From positions 68,033 through 132,032 of the forward strand of contig CAZOVJ010000001.1 in assembly GCA_964583685.1 (NCBI GenBank): a stretch of 64,000 bases of DNA. The letters are read 5' to 3'. Below, piece after piece: positions 45,487 to 54,027 of the stretch. Source of the DNA: an uncultured Gammaproteobacteria bacterium. GTDB lineage: Bacteria > Patescibacteriota > Microgenomatia > UBA8517. Each line of letters begins with the position of its first letter. The stretch's first letter is position 1. The notes below the pieces were generated by a model that ran no database searches, had not been told where the DNA came from, and was given only the letters and a program-made list of their open reading frames with translations. The position numbers and the translations under genes were made by a program.

Positions 45487-45772
45487 TCATATGTTTCAAA
45501 AAGCCCGCCAGTTGAATGAATTAAGAAAAATGAGGTCACAAGCTCTCAAGGTTAGGCGGGAATTGGAGCAAATTGAAGAAAAGCTTGAAAAAGACGATAT
45601 CAAGGTAGTGGTTAGCGGTGACCAGAAAATAACTTTCATTCAAATTGATGGAGAGGAAAGGAAGGATGTGATGGAGGTTATAAATAAGGCAATGAAAAAG
45701 GTTCAGAAGGAAGCTGCCAAAAGGATGATGGATATGGGTGGAGGATTGAGTGGGCTTCTTGGTAAAATGTAG
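45476..45772 (+). CDS. ybaB: nucleoid-associated protein YbaB/EbfC
   Basis: TTG start and family pattern (QKARQLNELRK..., VVVSGDQKITFIQID, a C-terminal MMDMGGGLSGLLG-like tail) in the canonical dnaX-ybaB-recR arrangement. Confidence 0.85.
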   Translation: MAVNHMFQKARQLNELRKMRSQALKVRRELEQIEEKLEKDDIKVVVSGDQKITFIQIDGEERKDVMEVINKAMKKVQKEAAKRMMDMGGGLSGLLGKM

Positions 45773-45779
45773 CTTATAA

Positions 45780-46397
45780 ATGAAGATTGCCAAACCCCTG
45801 GCTCGATTGATTGAATCGTTTCAAAAATTGCCTGGAATAGGTCCAAAGACCGCCCAGAGACTTTCTTATTACCTTCTTCATGTTCCCCAAACAGAACTAG
45901 ATTTTTTCTCTAATGCCCTTTCCAAGTTAAAAAAAGAAACAGTTCTTTGTTCTATTTGTCGTAATGTAGCTGAATCTAATCCTTGTCCTATTTGTGCGGA
46001 TAGGCACCGAGATAGTTCACTGATTATGGTTGTTGAGCAGCCCTTGGACATACTCGCTTTTGAAAAAACAGGGAGATATAACGGTCTTTATCATGTACTT
46101 CATGGAGCAATCAATCCTTTGGAAAACGTTGGACCAGATGAACTTTATATTAAAGATTTGCTGAATAGGTTGAAAAAGCAAGGGGGTAAGAGGGCAAAAG
46201 AAATAATTATTGCTACTAATCCGACCATGGAGGGAGAAGCAACGGCAATCTATATTAATAAAAAAGTTAAAAGTCAACCCACCAGTCATCAGATAAAAAT
46301 TACCCGTTTGGGAATGGGGGTGCCGACCGGAGCAGATTTAGAGTATGCTGATGAAAGAACTCTAAGTCAAGCCCTTGAAGGTCGTCGTGAATTTTGA
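45780..46397 (+). CDS. recR: recombination protein RecR
   Basis: LPGIGPKTAQRL (HhH), CSICRNV...CPIC (C4 zinc finger) and a Toprim-like C-terminal half. Confidence 0.9.
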   Translation: MKIAKPLARLIESFQKLPGIGPKTAQRLSYYLLHVPQTELDFFSNALSKLKKETVLCSICRNVAESNPCPICADRHRDSSLIMVVEQPLDILAFEKTGRYNGLYHVLHGAINPLENVGPDELYIKDLLNRLKKQGGKRAKEIIIATNPTMEGEATAIYINKKVKSQPTSHQIKITRLGMGVPTGADLEYADERTLSQALEGRREF

Positions 46398-46855
46398 GTT
46401 TTATGGGAGCCGGAATTAAAAAGGGAGTGAAAAAAAGTACAAAGCAAATTGCTCAACAGGCTGCAAGGCAACTGTCTCAAGAACCTTTAGAGATTTTAAG
46501 AAGTGCTGGCAAGCAGACTGTTGGCGCTCAGGAAGGAGAGAAGCCTCCATATTCTCAGAGAGGAGTAGTTGAAAGTGAGGAACAAATTTCTCCAGAGGAG
46601 AAAGAGCGAATCAGACAGCGAGACTTAAGTAGAATACGTGACCTGGAGACTGAAATGAAAAAGATACGTCTTCAAAAGGAACAGAAACAAAAAGAGAGGG
46701 TGCTGGAATCGGAGGAAGAGGAGCAAGAACAAGGGAAGAAGGGTTTCCTAAAAGAGCCTTCAACAAAGCCGAAAAGAGGGTTATTGGCTCAGGTTAAAGG
46801 AAGATTGTCTAGATTGAGAAGAAGAAGAGAAACCCGTCTACCCCCCTCAGGCTAA
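46394..46855 (+). CDS. hypothetical protein, charged and coiled-coil-like
   Basis: 153-aa ORF overlapping recR by 4 nt. Glu/Lys/Arg-rich. Confidence 0.4.
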   Translation: MSFMGAGIKKGVKKSTKQIAQQAARQLSQEPLEILRSAGKQTVGAQEGEKPPYSQRGVVESEEQISPEEKERIRQRDLSRIRDLETEMKKIRLQKEQKQKERVLESEEEEQEQGKKGFLKEPSTKPKRGLLAQVKGRLSRLRRRRETRLPPSG

Positions 46856-46921
46856 CTAGTCTCTTTCAGACTGATCATGGTTTACCCTTAAAATAAATTG
46901 AGGTAATATAAATATAATTGT

Positions 46922-48394
46922 ATGGCAGATATCTTTTTGACCAACTCGCTTTCGGGCAAAAAGGAGAAGTTTATTCCCCTTAATCCTCCTCATGTTGGGA
47001 TGTATACCTGTGGTCCGACAGTTTACTACCATGCCCACATTGGCAATTTTCGGACCTATACAATGGCCGATATTTTATTTAGGGTTTTGCAAAACAACGG
47101 TTTTCAGGTTAATCATGTGATGAACTTGACTGATGTGGGTCATTTGACCGGAGATAATTTGGGCGATGCTGATATTGGGGAGGACAGAATAGAGAGAGCT
47201 GCCCGGCGTGAGGGCAAAACCGCTTGGGATATTGCCAAATTCTATACCCGAGCCTTTTTAAAAGATATGCAGAAGTTAAATATTAAGAAACCCCAGGTTA
47301 TGCCCAAGGCAACAGAACATATTCAGGAGCAGATAGATTTGGTTAAGAGACTGGAGGAAAAAGGGTTTACTTATAAAATTTCTGATGGTATTTATTTTGA
47401 CATCCCCGCTTTTGAGAAGAAAACAGGCAAAAAGTATGGAGAGCTTTCGACCTTGGATAAGATAAAAGCGGGCGCGAGAGTAAAACAAAATCCGGAAAAG
47501 AAAGACCCTCGAGATTTTGCCCTCTGGAAGTTTTCGGAAAAGCCGGGATTAAGGCATATGGAATGGAAAAGTCCCTGGGGATTAGGTTTTCCTGGCTGGC
47601 ACATTGAATGTTCGGCCATGAGTATAAAGTATTTGGGAGAAAGTTTTGATATCCATATTGGCGGAGAAGATTTGCGTTCAATTCACCATCCCAATGAGAT
47701 TGTTCAGGCAGAGGGAGCAACAGGCAAACAGTTTGTCAGGTTTTGGTTGCATGTAACCTTTTTGCAGGTTGAAGGAGGCCGCATGGGTAAAAGCCTTGGG
47801 AACTTTTATACAATTTCCGATATTGAGGAAAAAGGTTTTGAGCCCTTGGCCCTCCGTTATCTCTATTTGACCACTCAGTATAGAGATAGTCTAAATTTTA
47901 CCTGGGAAGGTATGAAATCGGCCCAGACTGCCTTGTCCCGTTTGAAAAATTCAGCCTTAGAGTTTCGCCAGAGGGGATCGGAAGCCCGCACAATTCTTTC
48001 CCCAGAAAAAATGGATAAGCTGGAAGATTATCGCCAGCGCTTTCAGCAGGCAATAAATGATGATCTTAATACTCCTCAAGCACTGGCTGTCTTATGGGGA
48101 TTGGTGAAGAGTAATATTCCCAGAGAGGATAAATATGATTTAATGCTTTCTTTTGATGAAGTACTCGGCCTAGGTCTGTCTGCCTTGCCCGTCCAACAGA
48201 CAGGCCTTCAACTACCAAGAGAGGTCAAAAGTTTACTGGGAGAGAGAGAAAAACTAAGAAAAGAAGGAAAGTTTAAAGAGGCCGATAGAATAAGAGAGGA
48301 GATTGAAAAAAAGGGCTGGAGGGTTAAAGATACATCAAAGGGAACCATAGTTGAACCTGCCCATCGGCAAGGTAGACCTGCCCAAGATGATTGA
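46922..48394 (+). CDS. cysS: cysteinyl-tRNA synthetase
   Basis: MYTCGPTVYYHAHIGNFRTY (HIGH), Zn-site Cys/His pattern (GWHIECSAM) and GRMGKSLGN (KMSKS variant). Confidence 0.9.
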   Translation: MADIFLTNSLSGKKEKFIPLNPPHVGMYTCGPTVYYHAHIGNFRTYTMADILFRVLQNNGFQVNHVMNLTDVGHLTGDNLGDADIGEDRIERAARREGKTAWDIAKFYTRAFLKDMQKLNIKKPQVMPKATEHIQEQIDLVKRLEEKGFTYKISDGIYFDIPAFEKKTGKKYGELSTLDKIKAGARVKQNPEKKDPRDFALWKFSEKPGLRHMEWKSPWGLGFPGWHIECSAMSIKYLGESFDIHIGGEDLRSIHHPNEIVQAEGATGKQFVRFWLHVTFLQVEGGRMGKSLGNFYTISDIEEKGFEPLALRYLYLTTQYRDSLNFTWEGMKSAQTALSRLKNSALEFRQRGSEARTILSPEKMDKLEDYRQRFQQAINDDLNTPQALAVLWGLVKSNIPREDKYDLMLSFDEVLGLGLSALPVQQTGLQLPREVKSLLGEREKLRKEGKFKEADRIREEIEKKGWRVKDTSKGTIVEPAHRQGRPAQDD

Positions 48395-49073
48395 ATTTCT
48401 AAAAAAATACGATTTGGCCATAAAACTGTTTTTCTTAATGGGATTGGCTTCACTGTTTTTAGGCCTTTGTTTTCTCTATGGAAAGGTTAATCAACTGGCT
48501 TCGATTATCAGCGACCTAAAAATTGAGCCCCGAAAAATAGAGGAAAGCCTAGTTGCCGACAAGGCAGGCCTGCCTGGTGCAGTCTTTGAACAGGCTTGTC
48601 CAAGCGGCTGTATGCAAGAGATAGAAAAAATTCTTGCTACAGCCCTGGCAACAATTTCAGCCGTTCCAAGTTCTACCCCCATTATTCAAAAAGAGACACC
48701 TATAAGTAAACAGACTGTTCATATACCATTGGGGGGGCCAGGCTCAACGACAAGTACTGATTGGCAAGATGTAAAAAATGCCGAGGTCTGGATTGATTTA
48801 AAAAACGAATATGGTGAAGATGCCAAGGTTTCCTGGAACGCTTTCTTAAAACTGGCTCATTCCAATGGTACAGCCTATGCCCGGCTCTATGATGTTACTC
48901 ATTCGATTGCTGTTTTGGCTAGCGAGATTTCAACCCAAAATTCTGATTATACTCATGTTTCCTCAGGCAACCTTAATTTTTGGGCAGGAAGAAATCTTTA
49001 CAGGGTTCAATTGAAATCCTTAACATCCTATGAAGTATCTTTTAGCAGCGGAAGCATAAAGATAAGTTATTAA
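48351..49073 (+). CDS. membrane-anchored hypothetical protein
   Basis: N-terminal TM helix (LFFLMGLASLFLGLCFL) followed by a hydrophilic domain. The start may be the internal Met at about 48387. Confidence 0.45.
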   Translation: MNLPIGKVDLPKMIEFLKKYDLAIKLFFLMGLASLFLGLCFLYGKVNQLASIISDLKIEPRKIEESLVADKAGLPGAVFEQACPSGCMQEIEKILATALATISAVPSSTPIIQKETPISKQTVHIPLGGPGSTTSTDWQDVKNAEVWIDLKNEYGEDAKVSWNAFLKLAHSNGTAYARLYDVTHSIAVLASEISTQNSDYTHVSSGNLNFWAGRNLYRVQLKSLTSYEVSFSSGSIKISY

Positions 49074-49108
49074 TTGATTAATGAAGTTGATGTTGTAAAC
49101 TAAAGAAG

Positions 49109-49930
49109 ATGAAGCGGTTTTGTTTTTTATTTATTGTTTTAATCTTTATTTTTGTTTTTCCTGTTTTTTCTCAGGAAGCTAGCCTTAATTCTTCAGACTT
49201 TGATTTTCAGAGGGCTTACCAGGACTATACTTACAATCTTAGTCTCTATCGTAAGGCCAAGGTTAATCATGAACTGTCAAAGTCTCAATATTTATGTGAT
49301 AAGACATTAAGTTTAAGGACTAAGGCAAAAGAAGCGACCTTGGAAATACTCCAAAGTAGAAATGAAGTCATCAAGACCTATTTAACAGCTCAGAGGATGA
49401 AATTGAGAGAGAGCTTGGGTCTAGAAGAGGTTAAGCGTGAGCTCCTTTATTCCCGGATTGATGAAGAAGTTAGCTGGCTTATTGACCACAAAGATAGACT
49501 GACAAGTGCCGGTTCCCTGGGAGATTTAGTGAATGATTCTGATGAAGCGAGCGAGCGTTACCGAATGACCGAGCCTTTAATTTATGAAGTTTTGTTTGCC
49601 ATTTCAAATGGAAAAATTAAGAATTTTCATCAACGATTGACACAGATAAATCAGACTTTAAAATCCAAAATAGCCGAGATCAGAGAAAATGAGGATAAAC
49701 AGACGGCCACGCTTGAACGCTGGATTCTGGAGGTCGAGAACTTACTTGCTCGCAGTCAGGATAAGCAATCAGCAGCCGAGGACCTGATTGTTAAAATTAA
49801 ACCAAGAGAAAGAAATAAGCTTGGTCTTTATAATCAAGCCCAGGTTAAATTAAAGGAGTCTCATCAATATCTTAAAGAAGCGAGTGGATACTTGAAAGAG
49901 ATTGTTACTGAAATCAAAACAGCTGACTGA
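49109..49930 (+). CDS. secreted coiled-coil hypothetical protein
   Basis: Signal-peptide-like N-terminus (FCFLFIVLIFIFVFPVFSQEA), then a long charged helical region. Confidence 0.45.
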   Translation: MKRFCFLFIVLIFIFVFPVFSQEASLNSSDFDFQRAYQDYTYNLSLYRKAKVNHELSKSQYLCDKTLSLRTKAKEATLEILQSRNEVIKTYLTAQRMKLRESLGLEEVKRELLYSRIDEEVSWLIDHKDRLTSAGSLGDLVNDSDEASERYRMTEPLIYEVLFAISNGKIKNFHQRLTQINQTLKSKIAEIRENEDKQTATLERWILEVENLLARSQDKQSAAEDLIVKIKPRERNKLGLYNQAQVKLKESHQYLKEASGYLKEIVTEIKTAD

Positions 49931-49932
49931 TT

Positions 49933-50373
49933 ATGCCAGAAGAAATAAACCTTAGCCAAGATTTGCAAGCCCAAGTTGAGCAACAGCCACAACTGCAAGG
50001 AAAGCCAGTGCCGCAGCCAGCAAAAGGAAGGTGGCCCAACAGTTTTCAGCAAAAACTTCCCTCCAAGAAGTTTTTGAAGATTTTTGTTTCCAGCCTGGCT
50101 ATTGTTGTAATTCTTTTGCTAATAGCCATATTTTTGTTTAAGTTTATTGGTCGAAAAAGACTTGAAGAGCCGGTTGTTACACCTACTCCGAGCCCAAAAG
50201 CTTCTCCCTCAACTGAAATTATTCCCAATCCTTCGCGTTATGTCACAGATTCAGCTGTTCTGGAAACAGAGGAAGAATTAGACGGGCTAGATAATGAGTT
50301 GAGCGAAACCGTCATAGAAGAAACCACTCTCCTTCCCCCAAGTTTAGATTTTGAGATAAACTTTAAAGAATAG
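49933..50373 (+). CDS. single-pass membrane hypothetical protein with a Pro-rich tail
   Basis: Central TM helix (LAIVVILLLIAIFLF) and a PTPSPKASPS segment. Confidence 0.4.
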   Translation: MPEEINLSQDLQAQVEQQPQLQGKPVPQPAKGRWPNSFQQKLPSKKFLKIFVSSLAIVVILLLIAIFLFKFIGRKRLEEPVVTPTPSPKASPSTEIIPNPSRYVTDSAVLETEEELDGLDNELSETVIEETTLLPPSLDFEINFKE

Positions 50374-50387
50374 CGATTATTTGTTGC

Positions 50388-50415
50388 TTGACAAGGTAAT
50401 GAGAAGGTATATACT
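50388..50415 (+). promoter_or_regulatory. sigma70-like promoter: TTGACA, 16-nt spacer, TATACT
   Basis: ttgaca at 50388-50393 and tatact at 50410-50415, just upstream of the antitoxin gene. Confidence 0.4.
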
Positions 50416-50417
50416 TA

Positions 50418-50720
50418 GTGTATATGAGAACTACGGTAATTAATATCAAGACAGATCCCAAAGTGAAAGCTGGGGCCAAGAAAGTAGCGTCTCAACTGGG
50501 TTTTAGTTTGAGCTCTCTTATAAATGGATACCTCAAGCAACTCATTAAAACTAAGACTGTTTATTTCAGATTGAGCGAAGAGCAGCCCAGCGAGTATTTA
50601 ATCCAGGCACTACGTGAGTCTGAAGAAGACAGGAGAGCTGGACGCTATAAGTCTTTTGCTGCTGCCGATGAGGCGCTGGGATATATAGACAAAATTATTG
50701 ATGAACATAAAAAGAGTTGA
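50418..50720 (+). CDS. RelB/DinJ-family antitoxin
   Basis: TVINIKTDPKVKAGAKKVASQLGFSLSSLINGYLKQLI matches the DinJ/RelB ribbon-helix-helix antitoxin pattern. Confidence 0.6.
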   Translation: MYMRTTVINIKTDPKVKAGAKKVASQLGFSLSSLINGYLKQLIKTKTVYFRLSEEQPSEYLIQALRESEEDRRAGRYKSFAAADEALGYIDKIIDEHKKS

Positions 50721-50973
50721 ATATTCAAAAAGATTTGTCAAGGATTTTAAAAAAGCTCCAGTAAAAATAAAAATAGCCTTCAGAAATAGATTGGAATTAT
50801 TTTTAGTTGATAAGTATCACCCAATCTTGAATAATCATTCTTTAGTAGGGAAATATAAAGATTACAGGAGCATTAATGTGACCGGGGATTGGCGGGCAAT
50901 GTTTCGTGAGTTTGAGGGCGGAAAAGTAATATTTTTTGATACAATTGAAACCCACAGCCAGTTATATAAGTAG
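50698..50973 (+). CDS. YafQ/RelE-family toxin
   Basis: KRFVKDFKKAP, NHSLVGKYKDYRSINVTGDWRAMFREFEGGKVIFFDTIETHSQLY is the RelE/YafQ fold signature. Overlaps the antitoxin gene by 23 nt, as is typical for type II TA pairs. Confidence 0.6.
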   Translation: MMNIKRVEYSKRFVKDFKKAPVKIKIAFRNRLELFLVDKYHPILNNHSLVGKYKDYRSINVTGDWRAMFREFEGGKVIFFDTIETHSQLYK

Positions 50974-50987
50974 TATTATTAGCTAAT

Positions 50988-51015
50988 TTGACAAGTTCCT
51001 GCATAGTAGTATAAT
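50988..51015 (+). promoter_or_regulatory. sigma70-like promoter: TTGACA, 16-nt spacer, TATAAT
   Basis: ttgaca at 50988-50993 and tataat at 51010-51015. A 38-nt leader with an agaggtga SD precedes the DUF134 gene. Confidence 0.45.
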
Positions 51016-51053
51016 GGGTATATATTCATACAAGAGATTTAAGTAGAGGTGAA

Positions 51054-51557
51054 ATGCCAAGAAGAAGAAAGCCAAGACGAGTAGGTTTTATGCCGGAGGT
51101 AACTTACTTTAAGCCTAGAGGTGTTCCTTTGTTATCGCTGGAAGAAATTGATTTGACGGTAGATGAACTGGAGACAATTAGATTGGCTGATTTTGAGGGC
51201 TTGGATCAAATTGTTGCTGCCAAAAGAATGAAAATTTCCCAATCCACCTTTCAACGAATTTTAACAAAAGCTCATAAGAAGGTTGCTGAAGCGTTAGTTT
51301 TAGGAAAAGCAATCAAGGTGAAAGGAGGTGAAGTGGTTGTGCCAAGATTTGGAAGAGGTGCAGGCCGAGGTAGAGGGCGAGGCCCCGCACCAGGCGGTGC
51401 AGGGCGAGGAAGAATGGGTGGACCATTGGCTGCTGGCCCAGGCGGGGTTTGTGTTTGTACTAATCCCGAATGCAAGAAAGAAATTTCTCATCAGGTTGGC
51501 GTTCCTTGTTATCAAATGAAGTGTCCTAAATGCGGTTCGCCAATGATCCGCCAATGA
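51054..51557 (+). CDS. DUF134/UPF0251-family predicted DNA-binding protein with a Gly-Arg-rich linker and C-terminal Cys zinc ribbon
   Basis: MPRRRKPRRVGFMPEVTYFKPRG is the hallmark DUF134 N-terminus. It has a sigma-region-4-like HTH (ISQSTFQRILTKAHKKVAEAL), then GRGAGRGRGRGPAPGGAGRGRMGG, then CVCTNPEC...C..MKCPKCG. Confidence 0.65.
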   Translation: MPRRRKPRRVGFMPEVTYFKPRGVPLLSLEEIDLTVDELETIRLADFEGLDQIVAAKRMKISQSTFQRILTKAHKKVAEALVLGKAIKVKGGEVVVPRFGRGAGRGRGRGPAPGGAGRGRMGGPLAAGPGGVCVCTNPECKKEISHQVGVPCYQMKCPKCGSPMIRQ

Positions 51558-51952
51558 AAATTGCTATTGCTGTATCAGACAAAAACTTAGATAGTCCGGT
51601 TGATGCCCGTTTTGGTCGTTGTCCTTATTTTTTGATTGTTGATAGTAAGACCAATAAATTTGAGGCAATTGAAAATACAACTGGACAGGCGTTTCGAGGA
51701 GTAGGTATTTCTGCTGCCCAAATGATTGCCAGCAAAGGCGTGAAGGCCGTGATTGCTGGTAATTTTGGCCCTAATGCCGTTAATGTCTTAAGTAGCAGCG
51801 GGATTAAAATCTTCGGAGGTCTGTCGGGAGTCAAGGCTAAAGAAGTACTGGAACAATATAAGGCAGGTCAACTGAAAGAGGTGTCAGCAGTAACTGCTCC
51901 CTCGGGTATGGGTCGAGGTTTTGGTAGGGGTGGAGGAGGAAGAGGAAGATGA
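51554..51952 (+). CDS. NifX/NifB-like dinitrogenase FeMo-cofactor-binding-domain protein with a Gly-Arg-rich tail
   Basis: MKIAIAV..D...RFGRCPYFLIVD, G..AAQMIA..GVKAVIAGN.GPNA matches PF02579-type (MTH1175-like) proteins. Ends GMGRGFGRGGGGRGR. Confidence 0.7.
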   Translation: MKIAIAVSDKNLDSPVDARFGRCPYFLIVDSKTNKFEAIENTTGQAFRGVGISAAQMIASKGVKAVIAGNFGPNAVNVLSSSGIKIFGGLSGVKAKEVLEQYKAGQLKEVSAVTAPSGMGRGFGRGGGGRGR

Positions 51953-53196
51953 TGGGCAAAGAAGAGAAGCTTAAAAAGGGGCAAAAACTAGCCGGAAAAG
52001 CTATTTGGCTGGAAGGGGTTTTAGTTGCGGCTAAGACAATCATCGGTTTATTGTCAGGCAGCCTCGTTCTTATTTCCGATGCCATTCATAGCGCTTCTGA
52101 TGTTTTGTCAATTGTCGCTTCCTGGTTTGGCTTAAAAATTGCCCAAAGAAAAGCTGACCAGCGTTTTCCTTATGGTTACTATAAAGCGGAGAATTTAGGA
52201 ACACTGATTATTTCTCTCTTAATTGTTTATGCCTTTTGGCAGATGTTTACCCAAGGCTATTCGAGATTATTTTCTTTTTCTCCAGTTAGAATACCCTTAT
52301 TGGCTTTGGGAATTTCGTTGCTTGATGCTTTAATTTTGTTCTTTTTTGGCAATTATGAAGTCAAAATTGGTGAACAGGTTGGTGCTCAAAGCTTAGTGGC
52401 CATGGGTAAGGAAAATAGAACTCATCTCTTTTCCTCGATGGTCGTCTTTATCGGTGTCTTAGCTGCTTGGTACAAGGTTCCTTATCTTGAAGGGATAATC
52501 ACGATTGGCATTTCTCTTTTAATTCTAAAAATTGGTTTATCGGCCGCCAAAGACTCGGTTTTGGCTTTAATGGATGTTAGCCCAAGCGAAGAGATTGAAC
52601 AAAAAATAGCGAGAGCGATAGAATCAGTTCCCGGAGTTGAGGAATATTTTGACCTTCGTTTAAGAAAATCAGGCCCTTTTATCTTTGGAGAGACAAAGAT
52701 AGGTATTAGGAAGTTTGTTGATGTTAAGCGTGCTCATGAAATTGCTGACAGGATTGAGCAGGAAGTTAAAAGGAGAGTTCCTCAGATAGATTCTTTTACC
52801 ATCCATGTTGAGCCTTTTAGGAGTAATTTCCATCATCTAGTGATTCCCGTTAAAGAAAAGAAAGGACTTGATTCACAAATTAGCAATCATTTTGGTCGTG
52901 CCCCCTATTTTTTATTTGTTAATTTGGAAGGCAAAAAGATTAAGGGCTTTTACTTTCTTGAAAATCTCCATAAAGACAAGCCAATTAGGGCAGGCTTAGC
53001 CGCTTCAAAGTTGATTGCCCAACAGAAAAGTGAGATTTTGGTGACCAGCGAAATTGGCGAAATCTCTTTTCATACCCTAAGGGATAGCTTGGTTGATGTC
53101 TATCAAGCCGAGGGTGAAATAGCCAAGGAAATAATTACTCAATTTGTCAAAGGCAAGCTAAGCCAACTTAAAAAAGCGACGAGAAAGAAAGATTAA
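51949..53196 (+). CDS. cation-diffusion-facilitator (CDF) transporter fused to a C-terminal NifX-like FeMo-cofactor-binding-type domain
   Basis: Six TM helices with HSASDVLS and DALILFFFGN (CDF metal-site motifs), a cytoplasmic ZT-dimer-like domain (VEEYFDLRLRKSG...AHEIADRIE...FTIHVEPF), then HFGRAPYFLFVNLEG...AGLAASKLIA. Confidence 0.7.
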   Translation: MMGKEEKLKKGQKLAGKAIWLEGVLVAAKTIIGLLSGSLVLISDAIHSASDVLSIVASWFGLKIAQRKADQRFPYGYYKAENLGTLIISLLIVYAFWQMFTQGYSRLFSFSPVRIPLLALGISLLDALILFFFGNYEVKIGEQVGAQSLVAMGKENRTHLFSSMVVFIGVLAAWYKVPYLEGIITIGISLLILKIGLSAAKDSVLALMDVSPSEEIEQKIARAIESVPGVEEYFDLRLRKSGPFIFGETKIGIRKFVDVKRAHEIADRIEQEVKRRVPQIDSFTIHVEPFRSNFHHLVIPVKEKKGLDSQISNHFGRAPYFLFVNLEGKKIKGFYFLENLHKDKPIRAGLAASKLIAQQKSEILVTSEIGEISFHTLRDSLVDVYQAEGEIAKEIITQFVKGKLSQLKKATRKKD

Positions 53197-54027
53197 TTGG
53201 AGATGATTCAAACCGGCATTACAGGCGGAAAGGGCGGGACCGGAAAATCAACCGTCTCTATCCTTTTAGCGAATAAGCTAAGGAAAAAAGGTAAAAAAGT
53301 TGTCCTCTGTGATTGTGATGTTGAATGCCCCAATGACTATTTACTTCTAGGGCAAAAATTAAAAAAGGCAAAAGAGAAAGTAACGGCCCAGTTTCCCAAA
53401 CTTGACAAGAGAAAGTGTCGAAAATGTGGCTTGTGTGTCGAAAACTGTCGTTCAAACGCAATCTTTCAAGCACCAGGGGAATACCCCATTTTTATTCATG
53501 AACTCTGCTCGGGTTGCGGGTTGTGCTGGCATCTTTGTCCTTATCAAGCGATTACGATTGAGAAAAAGGTAATTGGCGAAATTTTTGAAAATAAGATTGA
53601 TGGAAATTTTTGCTTGGTAACCGGACAGTCAGTTGGCGTGGTTGATGAAACAGGACCAATTGTTAGCAAGACCAAGGAGTATGCTTTGAAACTAGCCAAA
53701 AGGCTAAAGGCAGACTATTGTTTATTTGATACTTCAGTGGGTATGCATTGTGGGGTGATTCGGGCCCTACTTGATGTTGATTTAGCTTATGCTGTTACTG
53801 AACCAACTCCACTGGGAGCCCATGATTTGAGATTGATTTTGAAATTATTAAAAACGCTCAGACTGCCGGCCAAAATTATTCTTAATCAAGCTGATTTGGG
53901 GAGGAAGAAATTAATTAATAAAGTTGCGGAAAAGACGAAGGTTGAGATAGAGGATGAAATTTTTTATTCAAAAGCATTAGTTAAAGCCTATTCAAGAGGA
54001 AAATTGGGAGAGGTGAATCTTTTATGA
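53197..54027 (+). CDS. MinD/Mrp-superfamily P-loop ATPase with an inserted 2x[4Fe-4S] ferredoxin domain (COG1149-type)
   Basis: GGKGGTGKSTVS (deviant Walker A), CDCDVECPN, then CRKCGLCVENC and CSGCGLCWHLCP ferredoxin motifs. Confidence 0.75.
   Translation: MEMIQTGITGGKGGTGKSTVSILLANKLRKKGKKVVLCDCDVECPNDYLLLGQKLKKAKEKVTAQFPKLDKRKCRKCGLCVENCRSNAIFQAPGEYPIFIHELCSGCGLCWHLCPYQAITIEKKVIGEIFENKIDGNFCLVTGQSVGVVDETGPIVSKTKEYALKLAKRLKADYCLFDTSVGMHCGVIRALLDVDLAYAVTEPTPLGAHDLRLILKLLKTLRLPAKIILNQADLGRKKLINKVAEKTKVEIEDEIFYSKALVKAYSRGKLGEVNLL

Noticed and set aside
51272-51554. ORFs on both strands across the GR-rich region of the DUF134 gene
   Set aside because: Generated by the GC-rich GGN/CGN repeat codons. 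The DUF134 frame has the conserved N-terminal motif and HTH.
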